NCBI RefSeq assembly: GCF_009914755.1 | Contig: NC_060925.1 | Length of the DNA: 64,000 nt | From: the human T2T-CHM13v2.0 reference genome, Homo sapiens | Direction: 5' to 3' (one strand) | Shown here: piece by piece, positions 14,333 to 27,922 of the stretch | Numbering within the stretch: position 1 is the first letter of the stretch | Layout: each line of letters begins with the position of its first letter | Notes under the pieces: generated by a model | Database searches by the model: none | The model's input: only the letters and a program-made list of their open reading frames with translations | What the model was told of the DNA's origin: nothing | Program-made: the position numbers and the translations under genes

Positions 14333-16695
14333 ATTTGACAAAATTCAACACCCATTCATTAGAAAACCTCTCAGAAAAATAGGAATAGAGGGGGACTTCC
14401 TCAACTTACTAAAAAGCATCTATAAAACCCTATAGCTAACATTATACTTGATGATGAAAGGCTGAATGCTTTCCACGTAAGATCAAGGAGAGGCAAGAAT
14501 GACCACTCTACCACTCCTATTCAACTTCCTACTGGAAGTTCTGCCAGTGCAATAAAATAAGAAAATAAAATAAAAGCAGATAGTTTGGAAAGGAAGAAAT
14601 AAAACCATCCCTATGATTGTGAACATAGACAATCCCAAAGAATCTATAAAACAAACCAAAAAAAAAAAACCCTAGAACTAATGAGTTCAGCAATGTTACA
14701 GAATAAGAGATAAACACATGAACTCAATTCTATTTCTGTATACTGCAATGAACAAGTGGACACCAAAATTACAAATGCAATGCCATTTGCAGTCACTCAA
14801 GAGAAATGAAATACGTAGGTGTAAATCTAACAAAATATGTGCAGTACTTGTGTGCTTAAAATTCCTACAAAAGAAACCAAATAAGAGCTAAAATACATGA
14901 AGAAGCATTACAAATTCATGAATCAGAAGACTCAACAGTAAAGATGTCAATTCTCCCCATCTTGATATATGGGTCAATATAACTGCAAACAAAATCCCAG
15001 CAATATTATTGCATAGATCTAGACAAGATTATCCTAAATGTATATAAAATGGCAGAGAAACTAGAATAGCTAAAACAATTTTGAAAAAGAAAAATGAAAT
15101 GGGATAGATTAGTCTACCTAATGTCAAGATTTACTGTATAGCTACAGTGATCAAGGCTACATGCTATTAGTGAAGGGATAGATACACAGACCAGTGGAAG
15201 TTAATAGAAATAGGCCCACGCAAAATTTCCAACTGACTTTAGATAAGGGTACAAAGGCAATTCAATGGAGGAAAGATACCCTTTTCAACAAATGGTATGG
15301 AAGCAATCGATATTCATAAGCAAAAAATAAATAAATAAACCTCAATCTAGTCTCACGCTTCATGCAGAAATTAACTCCAAATTGATCATGGATTTATATG
15401 TAAAACATAAAACGATAAAACTTATAGAGAAAAAAAGAGAAAATATTTGAAAGCTAGGGCCAGGCAAGGAATTCTTAGACTTGATGCCAAAAGCATGAGC
15501 CATAAGAGGAAAAATGGTTAAATTAGACTTCATCAAAGTTAAACATTTGCTCTATGAAAGACCCTGTTAAGAGGATGAAAAGTCAAGCTACAGACTGGGA
15601 GAAAATATTTGCAAACTGCCTATCTGACAAAGGACTAGTATGTAGAATATAGAAAGAACTCTCAAAACTCCACAGTAAAAAAAATAAAAAATAAATAAAT
15701 AAGAATTTTTAAATTTGAAAAAATGAGAAAAGACATGAAGAGATATTTAACTGAAGAGGAAAATATACAGGTGGCAAATAAGCATATGAAGAGGTAATTT
15801 AAAATCATTAGCCATTAGGAAAATACAAATTACAACCACAATGAGATATCATTACATGACTATTGAATGGCTAAAAGAGTGACAACCACAAATGCTGGCA
15901 AGGATATGGAGAAACTGGATCCCTCATACATTGTTGGTGAGAATGTAAAATGGTGCAATCACTCTAGAAAACAGTCTGACAGTTTCTTATAAAACTAAAC
16001 ATGCAAGGCCTGTGCAACCTGGCATGCACTCCTGAGCATTCATCCCAGGAAAAAAAAAAAAAAAAAACTTAGGTTCACACAAAAACCCACATGTGAATGT
16101 CTGCAGCAGCTTTGTTTGTAATCCCCCCAAAGTGGAAAAAACCAGCTGCCCTTCAGGTGGAAGGTGAGTGGTTAAACAAACTGCAGTACATCTCTATCAT
16201 GCAATACTACTCAGCAACAAAAGAGAAAACTATTGACACATGCCACAACCTGGGTGAACCTCCAGACGGTTGTGCTGAGTAAGAAAAGTCAAGGTTGCAT
16301 GCTGTGTAATTCCATTCATATGAAATTCTTGACATGACAAAATTATAACTTTAGTTATACAAAGAACAGTTTAGTAGTTATACAAAGAACAGTTTAGTAG
16401 TTATACAAAGAACAGTTTAGTAGTTGTCAGGAGTTAAAGATGGGGCAGAGATGGGGAGAGTAAGAGGACGCAGGTGCGGCCACAAAAGGGCAACGTGAGG
16501 GACCTTGGTGATGACGGACATGTTCTGAATCTGGACTCTATCAATGTCAGTGTCCTGTTTGTGAAATCATACAATAGTTTTGAAGGTATTACCTTTGGGA
16601 GAAACTGTATAAAAGGTACATAGATCTCCACATCATTTCTTACATTTGCATGTGAACCTATGATTTCTCTCAAAATGAAAAGTCTAACTAAATAA
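14333..16695 (+). mobile_element. L1MC1/L1MC2-like LINE-1, 5'-truncated (ORF2 3' part and 3' UTR)
   Basis: atttgacaaaattcaacacccattc...; 3' end tttcttacatttgcatgtgaacctatgatttctctcaaaatgaaaagt. Confidence 0.9.
16352..16425. repeat. Perfect minisatellite, 23-bp unit x3.2, inside the L1 3' UTR
   Basis: tagttatacaaagaacagtttag at 16352, 16375 and 16398. Confidence 0.95.
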
Positions 16696-18221
16696 TAATC
16701 ACCCTTATCTGTCCATGCTGGAGAGAGGTGTTACGCTGCCAGAGTTTCAGATCTGCTCTGAGCACCATGATCTGGGTTTACCATCATCCTCATAATATAC
16801 TCCCTCTTGTATTCCAGATAGAAACAATAAGTACCGAAGAGTCAGCAAGCTGTGCTCAGGAATTGCACCAAAATGATAATGCTCCGGGTGTTGAATTTGC
16901 CAGCACGGGGACTCTGGGTGGCAAATAGCGGCCGTGCAAGTACGGATATAGGGCAAGGAACTCAATATGGAGCCAAGTTTCAGGAGGAAGATCAGAGAAT
17001 TAGATTAGGGAATAGATCTAATCTATTAGAGATTAGCAAGCAAGCAAGCAAGAGAATAATCAGGAGTCTAAAAGTATTTATTGATCAGGAATAAGGGCTG
17101 GGCACCTCACTTGGGACTCAAGGCCCTGACTTGGCCAAGCAACAAAGATAACACTTAAGGCCATGCTCATGGTAGGCAGAAGAGGCATTCCCTTATATAT
17201 CTCCTAGTTCATTCAACAAATGTTTAGTGAGAAATTCTCAGAGGTCGCTCACCAAGGCAGGTGCCCAAGACACAGACCTGGTCAGCTAAAGTTCCCTGGC
17301 TTCTAGAGGAAGCAGAATAGCAAGAATGCTTGGGAACACATCAGGAGGAACATCATTTCCAGGGTTGTGTAGTCAGATAACACGTTTTATGAGGAAGTGG
17401 TGTGGAAGTGTGGGGTGCAGAGGAGGCGAGATTCATGCAGAGAGAAGGTCTCATGGCCCTGAGCTGAGAGGTTACAGGACCATTAGCACAGCTGGGGTTC
17501 TTCTGTAAAGACGGGAAAGCAGAAGTCAGGAATTGAGGGATACGGCTGGTGTTTGTGGGCTATGCTGGTTATGAGCAAAGGCTCAAGTCAGGGAAATACC
17601 ACACAGCAGGCGATTGTGGACACTCTCACTCCATGGATCACAAAGAACCACAGGCCAAGATAGGCCAGAACACTGGATCATCTTTCCCTGGAGGAGTCAG
17701 AGCCCTATAATCTATGAGGCCCTCATGGGTTCTTTCATCCCCAGAGCTCCAGGTGTAGCTGATGATCCTCCTCCCTCTGCTGGAACCCTCTGACTCTCAA
17801 ATAGGCTTCACACATGAAGCCGGGAGATTGTTTTATACTCTAAATAACTTTCTGTTTCTACAACAGATGGGAAGACTGTATCTTCTAGCCTAATTGGAGG
17901 CTCACAATTCCAGGGAGAATTTCGGCTGGGCAGGAGCTCTCTTCCTCTGAGATTTTATTTCCCAGGGACATTCCATACTTGGCCCATGACAGAGGCTGCA
18001 GTTGCCCAAGGGAACAATGCGTCAAGGGCCACTCATCCTTTGGAAAGCAGAAGTCCAGATACCAGAGTAAAACCATAACTCATTAACACTTCCAACAAGT
18101 ATTTATTATGTGTTGAGCAATCTGTGCCAGCCCTGATGACCTAATGGTGAGCAAAACCATGTTCTGTCTTCCTGCAACCTGCAATCTGGCAAGTGGGTCA
18201 AAGAGCCTAAAGAAGGCATTA

Positions 18222-18660
18222 GTTAGAATACAGGTGCAGCAATTCTAACAGAACCTCAAAATACTAGGGTTCAGATAAGATGGAACTGCATTTACCTTTC
18301 ACAAGGGTGGGCAGTCGAGACCCAGGTACCTTCCACCTTGTTGCTCCAGCATCCTGAGTGTGTGGCCCTCATCCATGTGGTCCAAGATGGTTCACCATCA
18401 CCAAGATAGCCACACTCCAACAAGGAGGAAGGAAGAGAAAGGTGGGAGAATGGAAGGAATAAACCCCTCTTTTCAAAGGTCCAGAAGTCACACCACACTG
18501 AAGCTCAAACTCTTCTTGCAGAAATTAGTCCCATGACCACACCAGCCTGCAAGGGATACTAGGGAAAGCAGTTTTTAAGTAGACAGCCGTGTGCCGGACA
18601 CTCTTTCAATTATCGTGGAAGAAGGTGAGCATGGATACTGCAGGTGAGTAGCAATCTCTA
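18222..18660 (-). mobile_element. Old MaLR LTR (MLT1I/J/L-like)
   Basis: gacccaggtaccttccaccttgttgctcc...ccaagatgg...catgaccacaccagcctgcaaggga motifs. Confidence 0.65.
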
Positions 18661-19762
18661 ATGAAGCAGGTGGGTGAGTAAAGAGAGGACACAGCTCTCC
18701 GAAAACAAAAGCAAATAAGTGATCAGAGCTGAGCAGAAAGGGAAAAACCCACAAATGCACAAGATCTAAAGGGCAGGAGGAAAGGAGGGGAAATATCAAA
18801 AAACAAAGGGAACACAGGTTCCGAACCTGGGCTTTGGAATATCTAGGCACTGCATCTATATTTCCTCCCAAGACAGTCATCACCCCACACGTACAGGGGG
18901 GAAAGGTATGAAGAGAAGAGTGTTTGCCTGCAGCAGGTCTGATGAAATGAGCTCCTCCAGGGCTCACGCTTTTAGCTCCAGACTGTCCATTTTGAAAAAT
19001 CACTAAGAAGACTAATGGTGCTGCCCATCAGTAGTGCCAACCTATTGCCTTGCCAACCATCCTAATGGCCACAATGATGCTAATGATGATGGCAGTGTTG
19101 ATGCTGGATATGTTATTTGTCTCACTGGAGCAGCAGTGGATTCCCTTGACATCCTTGGCTGAAACGTGCAGTGAAGTAGAAACCTTAATTGGCGCAATGC
19201 TGGTAGGCAAGGGGGAAATTCACAGCAAACCTAAGCCCTTCCTCTGTAGGACGGGAGGCGAAACAATAGCAAAGGCACTCTCTAAGAGTGCATGGTCCTA
19301 GGACTCTCAGAACGTGCTCATCTCCCCTCACTCAGTCCCCAACATGTTTCAGGTTTATTTAGCTTTTCATATTTTCATGAAAAAGGCACAATAACAGCCA
19401 AGTACATTTTCCAACCATTGAGTTCTACCCAGTCTGTGCCAGCCACTGTGCTGAGTGTTCAGCAGCATTTCGAAATGCTTTCATGACATCTCCTTTGGGT
19501 CTTTACTCTGTGAGGTAAGGGCAGCAGATATCAGAGACATTTCCACGTAACACGGAAGGAAAGCATGATGGGTGATTTGTCCAAGATCGCGCAGCCAATC
19601 CACAGCCAAGGCTGGTCCAGTTTCCCTCCTCCCTGTCAGTTGCATCTGCTGAACCCATCTCTTGTCACACAATCCAATTTATTTCGGGGATGACTTCTCC
19701 AGTGCCGCTTGGTGCACTGCACAGTGATTCTCTAATATAGGTCAAATCCCACGACAGGTATA

Positions 19763-19985
19763 TTTCACTCCTTCTCCCCTCTTCCCCTCTCCTCCTCCCC
19801 CCTTACCCCTCCTTTCCTCCCCTTCCTCTCCCTCACCCCCTTCCCCCCTCCTCCTCCCCTTCCTCCCCTTCTCCTCCTACCCCTACTCCCCCTACTCTCC
19901 TCTTCCCCCTCTCCTCCTCCCCCTCCTACCCTCTTCCCACTCCCCGCCTTTCCCCTTCCCCCCTTCCTCCTCCCCCTCTCCTTGC
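19763..19985. repeat. Polypyrimidine (C/T) low-complexity tract
   Basis: ~220 bp of nearly pure C/T with many CCC/CCCC runs. Confidence 0.95.
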
Positions 19986-20049
19986 TTGGCTGCAGCCCAC
20001 CTGCCCGGCTCTCCTCCTGCCTCCTTGCTTGCTCCCTATCTCCTTTGCA

Positions 20050-21605
20050 GGTTCCTCCTCTTCTCCCCAAACACCTCAGACCTCAGTCTTCAGACCTCCT
20101 GCTTCTCTGTCCACACTTGCTGCCCCCATCAATGAGCTCATCCAGAGTCATGATTGTAGCTGCCTCACCAACACTGATGATGCCAAAGTCCAATCTCCAG
20201 CCCACATCACCCCCTCAACTCCAGGCTCAGAGAGCCAGCCAGCCACTTGTCTTCTCCACTGGAATGTCTACCTGCAACTCCAATGGATTGTGTCCAAAAC
20301 AGAGTCCCTGATTTTCCCTCCCAAATACTGTTCACCCCCAACCCCCAGCCATCCTATCTCAGGGAACATGATATGGTTTGTATCTGTGTCCCCACTCAGA
20401 TCTCATGTTCACTGTAATCCCCAATGTTGGAGGTGGGGCCTGGTGGGAGGCGATTGTATCATGGGGGCAGATTTCTCATGAATGGTTTAGCACCATCTCT
20501 CTTGGTGCCATCCTGCAGATAGAGAGAGAGTTCTCATGAGATCTGGTTGTTTAAAAGTGTGTGGCACCTCCCCCCTTGCTGTCTTGCTCCTGCTCTGGCC
20601 ATGTGACATGCCCACTCTCCCTCTGCCTTCCACCATGATTGGAAGCTTCCTGAGGCCTCCCCAGAAGGAAAGCAGATGCCAGCACCATGCTTCCTGTACA
20701 GCCTGCAGAACCGTGAGCCAATTAAACCTCTGTTCTTTATAGACTTCCCAGTCTCTGGTATTTCTTTATGGCAATGCTGGAACAGCCTAATGCAGAACGT
20801 TAACTCTTTTTTCCCAGTTGCTGAGGACAACACTTGGTCTGGCACCTCACATCCAATCTTTGCCAATGTTGGCAAATCCTACTGGCTCTATTTTCAAAAC
20901 ATTTCCAAAACCTGACTCTGCTGCTGCCCTGATTTAGACTGCCATCCCCCTTGCCTGGACTAGCCATAGCCTCCTAATCCATGCCCCTGACTCCACCCTC
21001 ATCCCTCAGTCCACTCTCAGCCTAGAGCCCAGAAGGACCCTGCAGAAACTGAAATTGGACTATGTCACTTCTCTGCTCAAAGAATGGCTCCTGTATCCTC
21101 AGGATGGCCTCTGGGGCCCTCCATAATCTGTCACCCCCCAACACACCCTTACTCTGTCTCATCTTATCTTCCCCACATCCCCTCCCACCTGCAGCAGCGC
21201 TGGTCTTCGTGTTTCCAGAACACTCTGGCCACCCTCATGCTTGGGTCTGGGCCTAGCCCCTCTTCCCGGAGGTCTCTGCCTGGCCAGTCTTCCACCTCCT
21301 TCAGGTTTGTTTGCAAATGTCACCTTCATGGTGGGAGCTTCCTCAGCAGTAGGCATATCCCTCTGCCCACCAGCCCTTCCCCTCCACCTTCTCCACTTTT
21401 CCTCCTTGGCACTTAACAACCGCTGGCATGCTGTGTATTTTATCTTGTGTGTTGCTCTGCTTCCCCCATTAGAAGTGAAGCTCCTGGAGAGCAGGAATTC
21501 TCGTCCATTTTGCTCACTGCTATTCTCCCGATACCTGGAATAGTGCCAGGGGCTTGGCCTATAGCAGGTTGGCAATGAATATTTGTTGAATAAATAAATT
21601 AAATG
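20050..21605 (+). mobile_element. L2 (L2a-like) LINE 3' part, split by an MSTA LTR
   Basis: C/T-rich L2 ORF2 relic ending in tagaagtgaagctcctggagagcagg...atatttgttgaataaat. Confidence 0.8.
20369..20794 (+). mobile_element. MSTA-like MaLR solo LTR
   Basis: Starts tgatatggtttg, ends cctaatgca; 5-bp TSD gaaca/gaacg. Confidence 0.9.
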
Positions 21606-24600
21606 AATGGCTTTACCCCATTCTAGCCTTGAGCAAGATGCCTACTCTCTCTGAGTGTTAATTTTCACCTCTGTGAAAGGAACATGACAATGGCCATCCC
21701 ACATCGTCCTTATAGGGATGAAAGATAGTGTGTGCAAAAAAACCAGGGCAGTGCCTGATGGGACATCATTCATTGCTATTGCTATGATTTCAGAGGAAGC
21801 TTGAGCCACTTAAAACATGTAACCCAAACCCAGTAGATGGAGATGGTGTTGTAGATCTCAAAGCCCTCTTGGCCTGGCTGACCTCCAGGTTGGTAATCAC
21901 TTTCCCTGCCGGAGGAGGGGGTTCCAAGCTAGTAAGGAGCCTCCTTGCCACTGTGTTCAACAACTCACTTGCAATTCATCCATCCATGCAGTCAACAGTA
22001 TTGACGGTATCTCAGAAGCTGGGCATTCACAGACTTCGGGTCTCCCCTCACGGAGTCCATTGCCCTTCAAAGGACATGAACAGAGAGAGCTGACGTCAGA
22101 GAATGTGATCAGCTCTGGAAGATCAGGGCCAGTCTGTTGCCTGCTCCCACCCACATCTCCACCCTATAGCCTGGCATACTCAGCATCATCTCAAGGTGCC
22201 AGACAATCATCAGCAAAGCAAAACAAAAAGTGAACAACATTGGCACGTCCTGACAGTAAAAATGTCAGCTGAGGAATTTGGCCTCTTGTCTTTGAGACCA
22301 TAAACAAGAGCACAGACTTTCAAGGGTCCCTCACGGTATCAGGGCTGAGTGCCTCTACCTCAGGGCCTCCCCTGCAGGCCACAGGCTTGCACTGAGGTGA
22401 GCTGGATCCAAAGGCAATGAAGGGTCAGAAGGAAAGAGGTCCTGTGGGCCTCTCTCAGCCTCTCCAGGTCAACCAAGAACTCACGGGAGCTTAAACAAAG
22501 GCCGAGGATGCTCTTGGCCTGGACCAGCCTCCGTGATTGAATGGGAAGGGCACCCTGCATTCTGGAGTTTCTGGACCACAACTTCCTTCCCCCGCTGTCT
22601 CCTGAGGGGCAACTTCCGGCCAGGTTCCAGAAGAGTCATGTTCAGGATCATGGAGAAGGACAGGCTCGAGGCTGGAGCCCACCCCCATGTGCCTTGGCCC
22701 TGCTCCAAAGCGTACCTCCACCCCTTCACCTCTCCGTTGCCATTTCTCCTGGGGACGAAGTTTTCCCTCAAATGGGTGCTCCTGAAACTGATTCACCCAA
22801 AGGATGTGGGAGGGCCTTGGAAGGGCCTTGGGTGAGAGGGCGTTTGGCTCCCCTGTAAAGGCTTCAGCAAGGAGTGAATCCTGAGACCATAGTGGGCAGG
22901 GGCGGGGGCAGGGCTGGCTCTTCCCTCTATGCCAAGGCACAGGAGAGCCTGTGTTTGACTGGGGTGTTTTCCCCGATGGTGGCCGAGCTGCCAGCAGTTC
23001 CTGCAAGACCCCACTTGATGAGGCAGGGCTGAGAGGAGGTGATTAGGAGGTGCAGATTTCAGGTTGGCGAGTGGCAAGTGGCAGAACATTCTGGCCCCTA
23101 AGTCCTCTTGTTGGCATGCTCGAGTGTCTTTTCTCCCAAAGAGCTCTTCCACGAGCATGTCCAGAGAGTGTCTGCCTGGCCCCATGACCAACTCTCCTTT
23201 GCAGCAGTGGAGAGGGGACAACTTCCTCCAGGGAGCTCAGAGGCTTTCCTGAGCCACCCCTAAAATGGCAGGTGCTCCTGGGACACAGTCTGTATCCTAT
23301 GACCTCAGGTCACCACATCACACACAGGGCCTGTTCTGAACTCACCAGCTAGGCTTCCTTCGGAGCCACACACGCAGACAGTCTCCTCAGCTGGGAAATG
23401 CACCCCCAGAGAAGGCCAGGTGTGCACATGACAGGTAGGGGCTGGGGAGGAACCCCAGCTTACACCTTCACCATCAACCCAGGATCAACAATGTGGTAAG
23501 AGCTAGGGCCTTGGATGCAAGGAGACTGTGCTGGGATCTTCACAGCCACCTGACACTGGACAAGTGTCACCTCTTTGAGTTTCATCTGAGAAATGGAGGT
23601 GACGATGTGACAGTGTTGTTGTGAGGCTGGAGGAGGTACCATGTGTCCAGCATCTACCAGTGCCAGGGAGGTAGGAATTGCTTGAGAGATAATGGACACC
23701 GCCCTTACTCATGTGGGGAGAAACGGGAGAAGGTGGCAAGCCATACCCCAAGCCACGTGTAACCCTGATGTGTGGGGAGGCTTCTCTCTTGTTGTCCACT
23801 GCAGAGTGCACGACCCCGCCTTCATTTACCAAACCCCAAAGTATCCCTGCAGGCCCAGCTCCTTCTGTGCACCTGAATTCCTGGGGCAGAGCCCACGCCC
23901 CTCCTGCTGCTTCTGCTTTGGACACTGTGTGTTTGCATTCTGAGTGTTTGCATTTGTCTCTCCACCTGTCAGCAACTGCTTGGGGATAAGGATTCTGCCT
24001 TGCTCAGTGCCCCCTCCTCAGCTCCCGTCCCCTTCCCCGGTGCAGAGGTGCCCAGTGAACGACAATCTAGCCCTCAGCCCCGGCTCTGTCTCAGAAGGTG
24101 CCAGTAGCCCCAGGGGTGACCCAAGGCACGGAGGCACATCTGAGGAAGGCCGTGGCAACAAGGCAACTTCTTCTTTCCTCCCTCCCTGTCCTGGTCACTC
24201 ACTCTTTTCATTCCTGTGGAGCGCTGATGGCTGGTGAGATCGTTGTTTGTCAGCCAGAGCACAGACGACATGCAGGAAGGGCAGACGATATGTCAAAGGT
24301 CACCCGCTAAACCCACGGCAGAACCAAGATGAAAATGTGTCACCGCCTCAAGTTCAGACCAGGGATTGGCCTACCCCACACGAGCTCCATGAACAACAGA
24401 CAACCTCGCACCATTCAGAAAAGATGGTGGACGCTCCGAGTGCTCAACTCGGGTCACCTCCTTGGGCAAAGTGTCTTGTCTTTAAAACTGGAACCAAGCG
24501 AGGGTATGTCCAGTCCTGGCTTCAGCTGGGAGTGTCCTGGAAGGCTCTGCCTGACCCCACGTTGAAGTTAGGTTTCCCCGACTCTACCCTGTCACGTCTC

Positions 24601-24895
24601 CCTGTGGTTTTCTGTGACAGCACTTGTCACATAAATCAATGTCTGTTTTATTTGTAAAATTATTTGTTCAATGTCCAATTCTCCTCCACACTGATAGATA
24701 GGAGGACAGGGATGTATCCAAAGGGTTTAGCATACTACCGAGTGTATAATAAGCTCTCAGAGTATGCATCCAACAAGTAGTTATTAAGGTCTTCCACATG
24801 CAACATATTGTTCTTGGTGTTAGCAGACTAAAATGATACACAGGTGGATTGATGGAGAGCTTGTTAAAATAATACAAGACGCCAAACTGGGCTAT

Positions 24896-25372
24896 GTGAC
24901 TGCAATGCTTCCTATTGCTGCTGTAACCAATTATCAAATTTAGGAGCTTAAAACAACATCAACTGACTTGTCATGAAGGAAAAATCAGTCTCACCGGGCT
25001 AGGATTGAAGCGTCCAGCAGGGTCAGCTCCTTCCAGAGGCTCTGAAGGGAAAATCTATTTCCTTGCCTGTTCCAGTTTCTAGAAGCTGCCTGCTTTCCTC
25101 TTCTAGATCCTCCCTCCATCCTCCAACCCCTCGCGCTCTGATCTCTGCTTCAGCCATCACGTCTCCTTCTCTGACTCTGACCCTCCTGCCTCCCTCCTGT
25201 AAGGACCCTTGTGATTCTTAGAAGATCCATTCAGAGAATCCAGGATCATCTCATCTCAAATCCTGAATTTAAACACATCTGTAAAGTCCCTTTTGTCATG
25301 CAAGGTAACATAGTCACAGGCTCCCGGGATTACAGCACGGACATCTTTGAGCGCTCATTATTCAGTCTACCC
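24896..25372 (-). mobile_element. MLT1 (B/C/D-like) MaLR solo LTR
   Basis: ttcctattgctgctgtaac...cttaaaacaaca...catgcaaggtaacatagtcacaggctcc...ttattcagtctacc. Confidence 0.8.
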
Positions 25373-25596
25373 TGGTGACTCATGGAATATGTCTTTTGGA
25401 ATCTTTTAATGAGGAAGTCTTCCTAAACTGCAGCAGCCTCTTACTCTAAGCCTCAAAACGTTTTAGTCAATTCTGCACTCTACATTTTGGAATCACATCT
25501 TACCCAAATCAGAGATTTTGGGTTCTTGTCTGCTCAGCATGTTTACGACATGTGCGTGTGATATGACTACCCGCCTAGTAGCAAGGGGACCTCTCC

Positions 25597-26047
25597 TGTG
25601 GTGGGTTGAATTGAGTCCCCAGCCCCAAAAGATATGCTGATGTCCTAACTCTGATGCCTGTGAATATGACCCTATTAGAAAATAGGATGTAATTGCAGAT
25701 GTAATCAAGTTAAAATAAGATCCTACTGGATTAGGGCAAGCCCTAAATCCAATGACTGGTGTTCTCACAAAGAGAAAAAGATTTGAATACGGAGACAGAG
25801 ACAGAGACAGAGGGAAGATGGCCACACGACAGCAAAGGCAGAGACTGGAGAGATGCAACCGCCAGCCGAGAACTGCCAAGGACTGCTGGCAAGCGCCAGA
25901 AGCCAGAAAGCGGCAAGGAAGAAGTGTGGTCCTGCGACACATTGATTTCAGACTTCCAGCCTCCAGAAATGTGAGACAATACATTTCTGTTGTTTTAAGG
26001 CCCCCAGTTTGTGGTAATTTGTTACAGCATCCCCGGGAAATGAACAC
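25597..26047 (+). mobile_element. MLT1 (B/C-like) MaLR solo LTR
   Basis: tgtggtgggttgaat...ttgcagatgtaatcaagttaa...cagtttgtggtaatttgttacagca. Confidence 0.85.
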
Positions 26048-26862
26048 ACCCAGTCCCCCTCCCCCGCCCCTACACCGTGGGTTCCCGTAAGCTCTCCCTG
26101 AAGACCTGCTACGGCAACTGCAGAGCACCCCTGTTTCCCAAGCTACGGCCCGTTTTTTTCACTGTCCCTGACACCGGGTGACAGGGAAAGGCTTTGCCAT
26201 GGGAATGAACCATCCACTCACACTGCTTTCTGCAGACAGACTCAAAGTCACCACTGTGCAGTCAGTTTTTTCCTTGTTTCTTGGAAAGCACCTCTCAGGA
26301 CCGTTTCAAGAAAAACAAATTGTGAGGTTAAGGATCTATTTAAAGTGAATCATCAGCTCTAGTTCCAATAACAAACCAGGCCAGTCGGGTCGCTAGGACA
26401 AGACTGGAACCACTGTGAGCGTGCACTAACTGTGGGTCAGGCATGAGCGGGTCTCTGCACCCACGTCACCTGGAGTGCCCCCTCCCCCTGTTCACTCGGC
26501 AGGCGGCCTTGGTGGCTGCCTTCCCAATCCTCTGCCCAAAAGGGACACAGAACTGCATGCTCACCAAGTAAGAATTTTCAAGCAGCTTTGAAGTACGGTT
26601 TACCATCTTGGTGAGCTTAAGAGGAACAGTTTGAACCCATTTAACCCCTTGCACTATTAATCCCCAATTGCTTGGTGAGAACTGGTTGTATGTGTGCAAA
26701 GCTCCCTGCTAGCCCTCCGGGAGCGTTGAGTCCTCAGAGTCCATGAGCAGCCTGAATCTGGATGCATCACAGATGCCTGTGTCCAGCTGGAGCTCAGAGG
26801 AAGCCAAGCACTTCTTTCATTTCAACATTCCTGACCTGTCTTCCCATAGGTGGTGGCAGTAG

Positions 26863-27177
<315 letters not shown>

Positions 27178-27714
27178 CACTCATCAAGTCTTTATTTGAG
27201 CACCCCTATATGCCAGGCACTGGCAATGCAGTGGTTAACCCATTTCTCCATGGAGCATCTGTTGAAGTGGGGGGAAGTAAAGAAAAGATTAAAACAAAAT
27301 GTAAGCAGACAAGTAAATAAAAGAACTGTGGGCTGAAATAATTGTCGTAAAGAAACTTAGGAGCTAAAACAGAGAACAGACGAGGCCTGACTTTTCACCA
27401 GGTGAGCAGGAAATGGCCCTGTGAGGTTACACTCAAGCTGAGACCTAAAGGAAATGAAGGAGCCAGTCAGGGGAAGACTCAGGAAACAGTATTCCTGCCA
27501 GTAGAAGACCAGGTGCGAAGGTCCTGGGGCAGCAAAGAGCTTAGCCAGCATTCAAGGACCTGGAAGAAGACCAGGGTGACAGGAGAGTTGTGAGCACAGA
27601 GGCTCCCAAGCAAGAGGAGGCTGGAGAGGTTTGCAGGGGCCAAATCATGCAGAGCTTTACTCAAGCGTGGATTTTATTCTAAGTACAATGGGAAGCTCTT
27701 GAAGGGTTTTCGTG

Positions 27715-27746
27715 GTGTGTGTGTGTGTGTGTGTGTGCGTGTCTGT

Positions 27747-27777
<31 letters not shown>
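27715..27777. repeat. (TG)n microsatellite, interrupted
   Basis: Seen directly. Confidence 0.97.
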
Positions 27778-27809
27778 CAGGGGAAGGGTGAAGGGATGAC
27801 ATAACATCA

Positions 27810-27922
27810 TCTCCTCCTCTTTTCCCCCTCTTCCTCCTTCTTCTTCTTCCTCCTCTTCTTCTTTTTCTTCATCTTCGCCTTCTTCATCTCTTCCTTCTTC
27901 TCCTCTTCCTCCCCCTTCTTCT
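27810..27922. repeat. (TTC/CTC)n degenerate pyrimidine repeat
   Basis: Seen directly. Confidence 0.9.

Noticed and set aside
16352-16425. CRISPR-like array
   Set aside because: Units are contiguous with no spacers, in a primate L1 context.
16750-17200. Possible ancient Gypsy-type LTR
   Set aside because: Only a vague resemblance; ends and TSD cannot be defined without a Dfam search.
25493-26128. 211-aa ORF
   Set aside because: Antisense to an MLT1 LTR; repeat-derived.
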